A stretch of 61,284 nucleotides of DNA, from the IMG/VR virus record IMGVR_UViG_3300028115_001382, positions 1 to 61,284 of that record; one strand, 5' to 3'. The notes under the pieces are model-generated. The model saw only the letters and a list, made by a program, of their open reading frames with translations, did no database searches and was not told the DNA's origin. The stretch's first letter is position 1; every line of letters starts with the position of its first letter. Positions 48,081 through 58,138 of the stretch are shown piece by piece. This DNA is from a virus. Its lineage: Duplodnaviria > Caudoviricetes. Position numbers and translations under genes: made by a program.

Positions 48081-48739
48081 CGATAATTTATTGAAATAGG
48101 TTGTTTCTTCAATGTTGGAAATTTAAAATCACTGGTAGGATGCTGACGTCTATTGGTTTCTGTATTTTTATATCCAATGCCCATTAGTAGCATAATATCA
48201 TTTTTTACACCTAAGTATTGTTGAATTGCTTCGTTATCAAAACAAGCACAACAGCCTGTATTGTATCCTAACATACTAGCAGTTAGATTTGCGTAACCTG
48301 CTGCTACACCAGTGCTCATATGGCTATCTTTTTTGAAAGCATTCCAGTCATCTTTTGTAAGATCGTCATCTGTTAGCCTAACCGTTTGAAGATTGCGTTG
48401 AGATCCTAAACTGTTTACAGTGAAGTCTTCTCTTTCAAAAACAAGTAATAAATTTGCCAGTGTTTGGCTATTTGTAGTTGTTTCGCCTGTATCAAAGTTT
48501 TTAGTGAATCCGTCTGTCATATTATGAATAGCATGGATATCATTACTATCGGTAATAACATGAACTTTGTAATAAGCAATATTTTGTTTACTAGGACAAT
48601 TTGTTACAGCGTGAACTAATAAATCTATATCCTCTTCAGGCATAGTTTGTGATAAATCAAAATTTCTTTGGCAGTGTTGACTTTTAATAATTGCTTTTTT
48701 AACATCGTTGTGAGTAAAGATCATATTATTCTCCTTCAA
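48077..48739 (-). CDS. nitroreductase-family protein
   Basis: CQRNFD, CPSKQN, GYNTGCC, MGIGY. Confidence 0.75.
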   Translation of the reverse strand: MKENNMIFTHNDVKKAIIKSQHCQRNFDLSQTMPEEDIDLLVHAVTNCPSKQNIAYYKVHVITDSNDIHAIHNMTDGFTKNFDTGETTTNSQTLANLLLVFEREDFTVNSLGSQRNLQTVRLTDDDLTKDDWNAFKKDSHMSTGVAAGYANLTASMLGYNTGCCACFDNEAIQQYLGVKNDIMLLMGIGYKNTETNRRQHPTSDFKFPTLKKQPISINYR

Positions 48740-49823
48740 TGTATTTAGCCAGTCTGGGTAAGTAATCTTTTAAATATTTTCCTTGTAAGCCATCAGTGTC
48801 TTTTATAAACAATTTTAAACTATCAAATTTTTCCTGCTCAAATTTGTAATTGTTTAGATACGGTTTATTGTATTCATCTATTATTTCTTTTACATACTCC
48901 TCAGGTAAAGCATTTCTATTCATGTGCGCAGGATGTTCTATCCATTCCCAGTCAAACTCAATATTGAGATTTTCTGCTGCTGTGATTGTATCTTTCAGTT
49001 TCTCTAAAGTTAAAACACCTAACGTGGCAAACAATACAAGTCTAACATTTTTGTTTTCATTAGCAAAAGACTTCCATTGTCTAATTACATTTTGTATGTT
49101 GTCAAAATTAGATCCTAATCGAATATACTCGATAGTTTCATTATATACGTCTACACTAAATTTAATGTTAAGTTTTTTAAATTTTTTTAAATACTTTACA
49201 AGTTTTATAGGAAAGAAACTTGTGTTTGTATGAACATTTAGTTTTACGTTTTGAATAACGTTTCTTTGATCTAAAAACTCAAAAAACTTAATAGTCTGAG
49301 GATCGACAAATGGTTCTCCGCCTATTAGGTCAACATAATTTAAATTTGATAAATCTACATCTTCAAATACTTTTTTAAAATCTGTATCTGTAGTGTATGA
49401 CGGCTCTCTAAACCATTTTGTTAATTCTGGATTATTTTCAACTAATTTACTGATAGTACTACTACTTCTTGTATCACACATTTTACAAGCATAGTTACAA
49501 AAGTTGCTTAGGTTTATTTGCATCCAAGAAATTTTATTTTCTACAGGTTCTTCAGAAACTTTTACTCGCATACTGGGCAACCCAGCATCTTCTATATTTT
49601 TACATTTTATACAACCCTGATGCCACTCCCCTTTAATATTCATAGTCTCAATAACATCTTGATGTAAAGCACCATGAAAATACGTATTAAAACCTTCATT
49701 TACCATTGTGCGATCATCGTCATTGCTAAAAGCAGTACCGTCTTTGTCCCAATAACAACAAGGACTAAAGTATCCAGGTAGCCTTAAACACACATGAGTT
49801 GTTAAGACTTTACAATGTGGCAT
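48726..49823 (-). CDS. radical SAM protein, N-terminal twitch
   Basis: PCC...CIKC; CNYACKMC; GGEP. Confidence 0.85.
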   Translation of the reverse strand: MPHCKVLTTHVCLRLPGYFSPCCYWDKDGTAFSNDDDRTMVNEGFNTYFHGALHQDVIETMNIKGEWHQGCIKCKNIEDAGLPSMRVKVSEEPVENKISWMQINLSNFCNYACKMCDTRSSSTISKLVENNPELTKWFREPSYTTDTDFKKVFEDVDLSNLNYVDLIGGEPFVDPQTIKFFEFLDQRNVIQNVKLNVHTNTSFFPIKLVKYLKKFKKLNIKFSVDVYNETIEYIRLGSNFDNIQNVIRQWKSFANENKNVRLVLFATLGVLTLEKLKDTITAAENLNIEFDWEWIEHPAHMNRNALPEEYVKEIIDEYNKPYLNNYKFEQEKFDSLKLFIKDTDGLQGKYLKDYLPRLAKYIEGE

Positions 49824-50526
49824 AGTTCAAACTCAATCCTAATTTATAACTTGCGCCTACTTTTTGTATCTTTTCCGCAAAATGAATTCTTGAACTATCA
49901 AATATTATAACATTTCCTGGTTTCCATTCATTTTCTTTTTCTACACTTATTCCTTTCAATGTACTATAAGGAACATACTCAGGTTCATCGATATGATTGT
50001 TATACCATGTTTTTGTAATACCATCTTTAAGATACTTTACGCCATCGCTTTTGTAATCGTAACTAAAATGGACGCCGTTTGCTTTTTGTCGCTGTGTTTC
50101 TTCATCAACATCAAATTCTTCACAACCTGCCCTAAATCTTGTAGTAGGTCCATAAAAATATTGTTCAGCAGTATACAGCATAGGATATGTATCTGTATCA
50201 ATTTCTAATGGTATAACAACACTTTTATATCCTTTAATACCGTCTTTAAGATTTGGACAATCAATATGAACATCATGTGGTGGATGATTAATTAGAAAAG
50301 CAGTATCACCAATTAAAAAACACTCTTCGGGTAATAAGTGTTCTATATATTGTTTGCTAAATTTTTGTATTTCTTCTAACTTATGAATGTTTCCTTTACG
50401 ATACCAAAAAATACCATCAGGTAGTATATCAGGAGCGCCAATATATTTCCTTGCCACAGTACTTAGATGTGCTCTAATAAGCATACCTAAATAATTATTG
50501 TACACTACTGTTTCTTCTTCACGCAT
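49810..50526 (-). CDS. 2OG-Fe(II) oxygenase-like
   Basis: VHID...IFDSSRIH...K. Confidence 0.6.
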   Translation of the reverse strand: MREEETVVYNNYLGMLIRAHLSTVARKYIGAPDILPDGIFWYRKGNIHKLEEIQKFSKQYIEHLLPEECFLIGDTAFLINHPPHDVHIDCPNLKDGIKGYKSVVIPLEIDTDTYPMLYTAEQYFYGPTTRFRAGCEEFDVDEETQRQKANGVHFSYDYKSDGVKYLKDGITKTWYNNHIDEPEYVPYSTLKGISVEKENEWKPGNVIIFDSSRIHFAEKIQKVGASYKLGLSLNYATL

Positions 50527-51634
50527 ATTTTCTCTTTGGAATTTTACTATCAGCACTGCTTACACAACTATTAGTTATACACGGAGCAGGCTTATTAAAT
50601 AGCTGGAATCCTGTTTCTATGTTTCCTAACGGCACATCGTGACAACTATAACTGCGTTTAATACTACCATCTGGTTCTCGAATAATTATACCTTGATAGC
50701 CAGCATTACAATGCCAACCTTTGAACTTATTAAAGTTAAACGCATTGAATCTTTCGGCTTGGTCCATATACCAAGTTTTTCCAGTTTTGTCCTTAAACTC
50801 AACCTGCATATGCCAAGGCACACTGGTATCGTTTTTGCCATTTACTCCTGTTGGTATTTGGAAGTTAGGTTTTGGGCGATCTTCCCATTTCCTTTTGCTT
50901 TCTGTATAAGCTCGCTGTGGCATTCCGTTCCATAGTCTCTTGAGCATTTCGTCTGTATATCCATCAACTACTCTTGAGGCAGTTGGATCAGACTGAGGCT
51001 TAAGAGTGACGTTGATACCTTGTTCGTGGAAGAAGAGAGAATTTTCCCAATCTCTTTCAAACCAATCAGGAACCATAACCATATTAATTGTGACTTGGAC
51101 ATCATGTTCTTGACACAGAATCAACTTATCTGCAAAATCTTGCATCTTCTCCGTAGTATCTAAATGTTCAGTGTGTAGGCTTGCTGTAATGCTTGCTCTA
51201 TGAAATGGTTTTACACGCTCTACATACTGTTCAAACCATTTCATAGGACGACTACAGTTTGATGTCATGTGTACACTGGTGTAATTTGTGTTCTCTACAT
51301 CGTCAGCGAGATGATGTAAAATATCCAAGTAACCAGGATGGAAAGTAGGCTCACCACCACTAAGGCTAAAATGAAAGCTATTAAATCCGTTTTCACGTGC
51401 TTGCCTCTTTATCTCATCGATTGTAAGAAGACAGAGCTCTGTTGGCCTGTGATCTTTACGATCTGATCTGGCGTATGGCCAGCAATAACTACAACGATAG
51501 TTACAAAAGCGGCCAAGAAGCCAACTGACAGTAAAAATATCTCTGTATAGAAGAGTCCTTTGTCCGACTTCAACAATGTCATCAAACGGTATTTTAGTGA
51601 AGTCATAATTACTCCATTTTAAATCATCAGTCAT
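50519..51634 (-). CDS. radical SAM protein with C-terminal SPASM/twitch
   Basis: CNYRCSYC, SGGEP, CNAG...SC...C...C. Confidence 0.85.
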   Translation of the reverse strand: MTDDLKWSNYDFTKIPFDDIVEVGQRTLLYRDIFTVSWLLGRFCNYRCSYCWPYARSDRKDHRPTELCLLTIDEIKRQARENGFNSFHFSLSGGEPTFHPGYLDILHHLADDVENTNYTSVHMTSNCSRPMKWFEQYVERVKPFHRASITASLHTEHLDTTEKMQDFADKLILCQEHDVQVTINMVMVPDWFERDWENSLFFHEQGINVTLKPQSDPTASRVVDGYTDEMLKRLWNGMPQRAYTESKRKWEDRPKPNFQIPTGVNGKNDTSVPWHMQVEFKDKTGKTWYMDQAERFNAFNFNKFKGWHCNAGYQGIIIREPDGSIKRSYSCHDVPLGNIETGFQLFNKPAPCITNSCVSSADSKIPKRKYA

Positions 51635-51640
51635 GTTATT

Positions 51641-51669
51641 ATTATATAACCTTTTTTATTGTTTGTCAA
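51641..51669 (-). promoter_or_regulatory. perfect sigma70 promoter, leaderless arrangement
   Basis: Minus-strand TTGACA-N17-TATAAT, 6 nt before ATG 51634. Confidence 0.7.
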
Positions 51670-51692
51670 TGTATATCGTGAATAAATATTTC

Positions 51693-52289
51693 ATGTATAA
51701 AAGACTTGTAGTATTTGGCTGTAGTTTTACTAGAGGCACAGCATTAGACGATGTTTGGGATTTTAAAAATAATAAAAGTATATATACTCATCCTAGTAAA
51801 TACGCATGGCCACAATTATTAGCAAATAATCTAAATTTAGAATGCTTAAACTTTGGCAAAGGTGGACTAAGCAACAAAGCAATATGGCATAATGCTGTAA
51901 ATTTTAAATTTCAACAATCTGATCTTATTATTATACATTGGTCTTTTTTAGACAGATATCATTTTTTTGAAAATAAAAATAAAGGCTTTATGTTAGATCA
52001 TCGTAGCAAAGACAAAAGAGATAAAGCATTCTTTAAATATTTACATAGTGACTATGATATGCTTAGTGATTTATATTTACGTATGAATCATGTTAACACA
52101 TTACATAATAATATACACCACATATTAATTGATCCTATAGATAATGTTTCTTGGAATAAGGTAACCCCAATTAATATGTATTTAAACGAATACAAAATAA
52201 AATACCCGAGAGCTAATGATAATAGCCACCCGGGTATGTTAGCTCATCAAGAGTTTTCTAAGCAGCTACATCAAATTCTAAAGTATTAA
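51693..52289 (+). CDS. SGNH/GDSL-like protein
   Basis: FGCSFT, GLSN, DNSHPG; TAAATA 4 nt upstream. Confidence 0.65.
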   Translation: MYKRLVVFGCSFTRGTALDDVWDFKNNKSIYTHPSKYAWPQLLANNLNLECLNFGKGGLSNKAIWHNAVNFKFQQSDLIIIHWSFLDRYHFFENKNKGFMLDHRSKDKRDKAFFKYLHSDYDMLSDLYLRMNHVNTLHNNIHHILIDPIDNVSWNKVTPINMYLNEYKIKYPRANDNSHPGMLAHQEFSKQLHQILKY

Positions 52290-53286
52290 CTATACCTTTT
52301 GGTTTATATTTTCTATGGTCTCCTTTTTGTTGATCTCCTTGACCAACACACAAGAAAATAAAAGGCTTCCATTCCCATCCAGTTGGCATATCTTCAGATG
52401 TTTTCATGTTTACTACATCTAACGCTTTTGGGTTAAACGCTTTTAAACAACAACTATTGAGTCCTAGTTCTTCGACTGTGCAAATTACATTCCACATATT
52501 TGTACCAAGCGCAATAAATGTAGCATCTCTGCTGGTAGGAAATTCACTAGTAGTCCAATGTACTGGATCTTCATTTATAGGTGTTGGTATGCTAAATGCT
52601 AAAACAAGAGGAGCATCGAACTGTGTATTGAAACAAACTCCTGCCTTCTTCCATTCTTCTATTGAATGTGTAGTATGATCTTTTTCAAAAGCATCTTTAA
52701 CTTCTGCTGGACACCCATCAAAGTAACTGTGCATATGAGGCCACATTGCTTGTTTTACATTTTCAGGAACAACATCTACTCTGTAATGATAGTTGTTTGC
52801 TAAACTAGGAGTAAGCCCGTTTGCGGCATTTAGAATTTTATTTAATTTTACATTATCAATAGGTGTATCTTTAAATGTAGTATAGCTTGCTCTATTTAAT
52901 ACTAAATTTTCTAAAAAACTTTGTGTTGCTTCATAAGATTCTTCTTTAAATACATCTTTCCAAATATTAAACAAATTAACAATATGTGATTTTTCTAAAT
53001 TGTTTAAATTTTTTGATCCATAAAAATCTAATATTTGTTCATGTATCCATAATTCAGTTTCAACAGTAATATTTTTTGTTTGTCTTCTATTACCAGCATA
53101 ATGTTGACTTATTAACATTTTAGTATGTCTGTCTGTACCTTCAGACAAATCTAGGTCGTATGCTTCAACTATTAAATCTATATTTTTATCACAATAAGAA
53201 AGTAAATCTTTTGTCTTGTTAGGATAAAGCGTATGATTAGGAAATTTTTCTAACACTTTCTCTTTTACAGATTCTAGTATAATCAT
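52258..53286 (-). CDS. nitroreductase-fold protein with N-terminal extension
   Basis: NRASYTTF, TPSLAN, APLVL, ELGLNSC, LCVG. Confidence 0.65.
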   Translation of the reverse strand: MIILESVKEKVLEKFPNHTLYPNKTKDLLSYCDKNIDLIVEAYDLDLSEGTDRHTKMLISQHYAGNRRQTKNITVETELWIHEQILDFYGSKNLNNLEKSHIVNLFNIWKDVFKEESYEATQSFLENLVLNRASYTTFKDTPIDNVKLNKILNAANGLTPSLANNYHYRVDVVPENVKQAMWPHMHSYFDGCPAEVKDAFEKDHTTHSIEEWKKAGVCFNTQFDAPLVLAFSIPTPINEDPVHWTTSEFPTSRDATFIALGTNMWNVICTVEELGLNSCCLKAFNPKALDVVNMKTSEDMPTGWEWKPFIFLCVGQGDQQKGDHRKYKPKGIVNTLEFDVAA

Positions 53287-53287
53287 C

Positions 53288-54013
53288 TTAACTCCTTATG
53301 TTACTTGTATATTTATCATAAAGTTTCTTAACTGCTTGTTGGAAATAACATCCATTATAATGCGTTCCGTCTCTAGATATGTATTTTGGATGCCCGCTGT
53401 TATTAACAATATTATCCACATTGTATTCTATAATAGGACATATATTTGTCCACTGACTAGATATTACTTTACTAATATTATCGTCTAAATAATTTATATA
53501 TTCGTCACTGATATAAAATTTTTTGTATGCTTTATCGCTTACAGTAAGAGGAATTAACTCGCCGTTGTAATCAAACCACCGAGATACATAAGTTCTTTGA
53601 AAAAATACTGCTTTTGGCTTTATATTGTTTTTAATTAATTCGCTACTGTTAAACATTGAAAAAGCATTGTTGCCTCCAGGAATGCCTAAATTTATACAAT
53701 AACTATCTAAATATTTTTCCATTAGTTTAGGAATAGTTTCATCTATACTAACACCAATTCCTACTGTGTGACTACAACCTAAGAATATATAACTGTTATT
53801 CCAATCAAGTTGATTCCACTCTTTTTCTCTGTATCCTTGACTATTTAGAGTGTAGGATATATCTTTACGAGATGTTTCTTTTTTATAATATTGGCTTTTA
53901 TATTGATTTTTGTGTGTCCAGTGTTTTTTCCAAAACTTTGGATCATCGCTTTCTGAGTACTCAATATGTTTTGGATATCCTTCTCTACCAAATCTAATAT
54001 CAAGAAGTTCCAT
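53288..54013 (-). CDS. SGNH/GDSL-like protein
   Basis: NSQGYR, LGCSHTVG, NLGIPG, RDGTH. Confidence 0.6.
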   Translation of the reverse strand: MELLDIRFGREGYPKHIEYSESDDPKFWKKHWTHKNQYKSQYYKKETSRKDISYTLNSQGYREKEWNQLDWNNSYIFLGCSHTVGIGVSIDETIPKLMEKYLDSYCINLGIPGGNNAFSMFNSSELIKNNIKPKAVFFQRTYVSRWFDYNGELIPLTVSDKAYKKFYISDEYINYLDDNISKVISSQWTNICPIIEYNVDNIVNNSGHPKYISRDGTHYNGCYFQQAVKKLYDKYTSNIRS

Positions 54014-55196
54014 ATTTTCCTAATTCCATTTCTTTAAAACTGTGTTGCCAATTTATATTTCTAGCAGCATCTAAGTCATTTAGATAGTTTATAAATGTTG
54101 ACCCGTGTTGTTTCCACAATGGCTTCTCTAGCATATGATTTACGTAAAAAGGAACTTTGTTGCTGTATTCACCAAAGTCGTATGCGTTGATACGTTCAGC
54201 AACGTTGTCTTTGATTGGTTGTGGCAACACTTGCGCACTCATGTGTACAGGCCATTCTACATGATTAGCAAATATAAATTTAATATTTGGAAAATGTTTA
54301 CGCATATAATCATATGTATCAACTAAGTAAAACATGCTAACATTGCTACAAGTCCACTGTACGCCTATATCTAGGTGCTCGTTGTCTTTGGCATACTGTT
54401 CCATTAGTTCTAGTTTTTTAACAAAACTATCCCACTTGATAGGAAACCTAAAATACTCTCCAGGTTCTTGTATCGCATCAAGACTAAGTCTAATAATTAC
54501 ATCTTTGAAACTAACAAGCTGATCAAATATTTTTCTAGTGAGCAGAGTACCGTTGCTTACATATGTAAGTGTTATATCTTTGGCAGCGTCAGTAAACGCA
54601 ACTTCTTTTATAAAACGATTGTGTTGTTTGTTGGCAAATGGCTCACCACCTAAGAAGTTAAAACGTTTTGTATGCTGTAAATTTTCTTTAATATTGTCCC
54701 AAATGAAACTGTCTTGCTCAATCCATTTGTTGTCAATGTTGTAGTACTCTGTGTTAGGATACTTGTCTAACATGCCTTTGTCTTCGTTCCATTTTGAACT
54801 AGCACCTGTGCCGCAATGAATACATTTTAAATTACAAATAGTTCCTACACGTATATCAATATTGCTTGGATAATAAGGAACGCTGCCATCTTCTGCTGTT
54901 TGTTCTATGAGATGTGCGTTGTTATCGTAATGATATTTGTTTTCCTCCAAGCGTTTGCTACGACCGTTGAGTTCTTCAACATACTTACAGCGTTTACAAT
55001 TTTCTGGCCAACGTCCTGCTACAAACTCTTTGCGTATGTGTTTGAAGTAATCATTGTTCCATTCGTCACTTATGGTGCTGCCTTTGAGTTTTACATCGGC
55101 TGCTTTCACAGTTGCTTGATCAGCATAGCCACAGGTACGTGGTCTGCCAAAAGTGTTTGTGCTAAAGTTAATCCAGGGTAATATACAAGGTTTCAT
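54000..55196 (-). CDS. radical SAM protein, N-terminal twitch
   Basis: CILPW...C...CKRC; CNLKCIHC; GGEP. Confidence 0.87.
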   Translation of the reverse strand: MKPCILPWINFSTNTFGRPRTCGYADQATVKAADVKLKGSTISDEWNNDYFKHIRKEFVAGRWPENCKRCKYVEELNGRSKRLEENKYHYDNNAHLIEQTAEDGSVPYYPSNIDIRVGTICNLKCIHCGTGASSKWNEDKGMLDKYPNTEYYNIDNKWIEQDSFIWDNIKENLQHTKRFNFLGGEPFANKQHNRFIKEVAFTDAAKDITLTYVSNGTLLTRKIFDQLVSFKDVIIRLSLDAIQEPGEYFRFPIKWDSFVKKLELMEQYAKDNEHLDIGVQWTCSNVSMFYLVDTYDYMRKHFPNIKFIFANHVEWPVHMSAQVLPQPIKDNVAERINAYDFGEYSNKVPFYVNHMLEKPLWKQHGSTFINYLNDLDAARNINWQHSFKEMELGKYGTS

Positions 55197-56176
55197 ACAA
55201 GCCTGCCAAATGCATATGCCCTCTCTAAACAAAACCAACAATGACCACAATGACTGTATTCTTGCCTAGGAATGCCTGCTTCATATGATATACCTAATTT
55301 TGTTTTTTCTTCAGGTTTTTCGTTCTCACAACTATAAGTTAAAGGTAACAGATCATCTAGCACACCCATTTCTTTATACATAGCAGCAGTACCATGTCGT
55401 TTGTCTTTGTGTACAAATGGTAATATTCCTAGTACAGGCAAACCATATAAAGGTCCTTTATTAGGAAATCCATAACCGATTGCTTCTTTACTGGAATTAT
55501 TGTCTCTATCCGGATCTCTAATTTTTGCTTGGGCAAGACAGTCTTCAAAGCTATCAAAGTTCATTCCTTCAACATTATAACCTTCTTTTGCCATTAATTC
55601 TGCATCAGGATTTTCTGTTAGTCCGCCATAGTAAACATTAGCCAATCCATCAGCTAAAACATTTGCCAATATTTTATCTTGAGCTTTTTCGTAGTCAGGC
55701 ACAGTCCAAGGCAAAGGAAGTTTTTCTACTCTATGAACAACAGGCATAATACCTGTACGATCTCGTGTAAAGTGCATAACTTTTTTAGCATAGTGACTGT
55801 ACCAATCTTTGGTTTCAGGATCTAATGTTACAACATATAACGGATAATCTAAACCTCTTTCTGCAAGTTCTTTACAAAGTCTGTAATAAACAATACTACT
55901 GTCTGCTCCTCCAGATAGCTTGACTACAATGCCTTTTACAGGAAAATTGTCCAATGGTTCTGTAATGTATTTTCCATAATTCCAAGTTTTTTGTTTATAC
56001 AACCTATCAAGATATTCGCCACCGTACTCACAATTCCAGCCGTTGTCTTCTGCTTCTTGTCTTATAATTGTTTTCTGTTTGTCCGGTATCGCCAACGGAT
56101 AAGTTTTTACCACTTTGTCGGTGTCTTTGTCTGTAAACACAAAATTATGAAAATACATATTATAAGGTTCGCTCAT
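55193..56176 (-). CDS. QueC-like PP-loop ATP pyrophosphatase
   Basis: LSGGADS; TYSC; CGHCWFCLER. Confidence 0.7.
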   Translation of the reverse strand: MSEPYNMYFHNFVFTDKDTDKVVKTYPLAIPDKQKTIIRQEAEDNGWNCEYGGEYLDRLYKQKTWNYGKYITEPLDNFPVKGIVVKLSGGADSSIVYYRLCKELAERGLDYPLYVVTLDPETKDWYSHYAKKVMHFTRDRTGIMPVVHRVEKLPLPWTVPDYEKAQDKILANVLADGLANVYYGGLTENPDAELMAKEGYNVEGMNFDSFEDCLAQAKIRDPDRDNNSSKEAIGYGFPNKGPLYGLPVLGILPFVHKDKRHGTAAMYKEMGVLDDLLPLTYSCENEKPEEKTKLGISYEAGIPRQEYSHCGHCWFCLERAYAFGRLV

Positions 56177-56232
56177 ACAGTTCTCCTGTTCATATTAATA
56201 ATTATCTGCGTATATAACTTATAAGTACAAAT

Positions 56233-57075
56233 ATGAGAGACAGCGTAAAAAGAGAATACAACGAACAGTGGCTACAGCAAGATAGACCGCAGCCTATGTA
56301 CAGCAGCAATATAAACAAATTTTATGACGAATTTTATCAACACAATCCTGTACATACGCACGATCTAGACCAGCAGTTTAAAGATACTTTTGTAAAATGG
56401 CTAGACGCTCACAAGTATAGTAGTTTTATGGGCTTGGGTGCGTTCAAGCACAAAGATATTATTAATGGCTGTACACAGTTTATAGATGACTTGTATCAAC
56501 GCTGCGGCACATTACAAACATTTGAAAACGATTACAAGTACCATTGGCGTTTGAACAACGACATAGTGTATGCTACCACGGATACACTCGATCCAAACAA
56601 AGAATTACTGATCAGCATGCCGTTTCCATTCTATGGAGATGTACATCCTGAAATGGACGAAATATTAGATACGGCATACAAACAAAATATTCCAGTACAC
56701 ATTGACGGAGCATGGATCAGTTGTATTAGAGATATTGAGTTTGACTTTGATCATCCTGCGATACAAACTGTGGGTATTAGTTTAAGCAAAGGTGGCATGG
56801 GCGGTAATCGTATTGGATTGAGATTTGCTAGGAGGAGACCCGAAGGTGCTGTGACTATCATGAATGACTTTAACATGAACAGTCAAGCATTGGTTAGCAT
56901 GGGTATTAAGTTTATGGAAGAACTAGGTCCTGAATATTTTTGGACACAATACAAAGTTCATTATGCCAAAGTGTGCGAAGATTTCGATCTACAACCTACA
57001 AAAGCAATACACTTGGCCAGCAAAGACGGCAAGCCTGTCGGTGTTAGACCCTTGCTAAGATGTCTTCAAAAATAG
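56233..57075 (+). CDS. PLP-dependent fold-type I enzyme
   Basis: GCTQF, HIDGAW, ISLSKG...RIG; paralog of 18847. Confidence 0.72.
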   Translation: MRDSVKREYNEQWLQQDRPQPMYSSNINKFYDEFYQHNPVHTHDLDQQFKDTFVKWLDAHKYSSFMGLGAFKHKDIINGCTQFIDDLYQRCGTLQTFENDYKYHWRLNNDIVYATTDTLDPNKELLISMPFPFYGDVHPEMDEILDTAYKQNIPVHIDGAWISCIRDIEFDFDHPAIQTVGISLSKGGMGGNRIGLRFARRRPEGAVTIMNDFNMNSQALVSMGIKFMEELGPEYFWTQYKVHYAKVCEDFDLQPTKAIHLASKDGKPVGVRPLLRCLQK

Positions 57076-58138
57076 GATCTAAGTCGTATATACTTGTTCC
57101 CCTTATGCTGTCTAGCCATCCGTTGTATCTTTTATAATTTTTTACTTCATTAGGATTGTATTTGGACACATGTAAATGTTTGATTGCTTGTTCAGCTGTA
57201 GGATGATTAAACTTTTTTAAATAAGCAATTTTCTTTTGTTTAATATCATCAGGAATACAATCAAGTTTTCCAGGCACACCATACATAGGACTCATGTTAA
57301 CTTTTTCAGCAGGGAATTGTAAGAAATATTCAAACCAATCTTCGATTATAGCAAAACTGTTTGTTTGTACTACCATTTGAATACTATAATCTTCTGCTAT
57401 AGAAATAATCTTTGGGATGTTTTTTTCAACTTTGTGCCACTCGGCACCAGTTCTTATATATTCATATGCTTTTCCTGCTGCATCAATACTTAAATTTACA
57501 TGAATATCTTTAAATTTCTCAACACGGTTCATCCAAGGCTTATTAATACTTGTACAATTAGTTGTATAATTTAACCGTGTTGTTTCGTTCATTCCTTTTT
57601 CAATTAGATAATCTAATATAGGAAACATGCGTTTATTAACTGTAGGCTCGCCGCCTAATATAGCCAAGCATTTCAAGTTTGACAAATCAAAGTCCATAAC
57701 ATCAGTTGTATCTCTTTGCTCAATAGGATTCCAGCCATGTGCTACAAATTCTTCTTCAATCAAGCTACTACTATGCATACTACACATTCTACATTTGAGA
57801 TTACAAAGATTGTCAGGACGGTAATCAAGTTTGTTGAGAACATCAATTTCATACCAGTTCAAATCTAAATCTCTATCTATGTAATTTCTAGCTGACTTTA
57901 TACCATGCTGTTCTGTCTGAATACATTCCTCACAAGTTTTACTAATAACTGACATATCATGATTTTCCATTGCAGTTTTAATATTATCAAGATATTCACT
58001 TGTGTGATAATCACCTACTGCTCCGGTAAATTTATCACCTTTCCATTCACAGCAAGGACTAATACCGCCACCGCCATATGTACCTCCATATTGAGCTGTA
58101 GTCCACGGTGCGTAACAATATGGATTATTTTTTGCCAT
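57044..58138 (-). CDS. radical SAM protein, N-terminal twitch
   Basis: CYAPW...PCC...CEEC; CNLKCRMC; GGEP. Confidence 0.87.
   Translation of the reverse strand: MAKNNPYCYAPWTTAQYGGTYGGGGISPCCEWKGDKFTGAVGDYHTSEYLDNIKTAMENHDMSVISKTCEECIQTEQHGIKSARNYIDRDLDLNWYEIDVLNKLDYRPDNLCNLKCRMCSMHSSSLIEEEFVAHGWNPIEQRDTTDVMDFDLSNLKCLAILGGEPTVNKRMFPILDYLIEKGMNETTRLNYTTNCTSINKPWMNRVEKFKDIHVNLSIDAAGKAYEYIRTGAEWHKVEKNIPKIISIAEDYSIQMVVQTNSFAIIEDWFEYFLQFPAEKVNMSPMYGVPGKLDCIPDDIKQKKIAYLKKFNHPTAEQAIKHLHVSKYNPNEVKNYKRYNGWLDSIRGTSIYDLDPIFEDILARV

Noticed and set aside
48850-49233. Plus-strand ORFs within the minus-strand island (and minus-strand ORFs over plus-strand genes)
   Set aside because: Antisense shadows of motif-bearing genes
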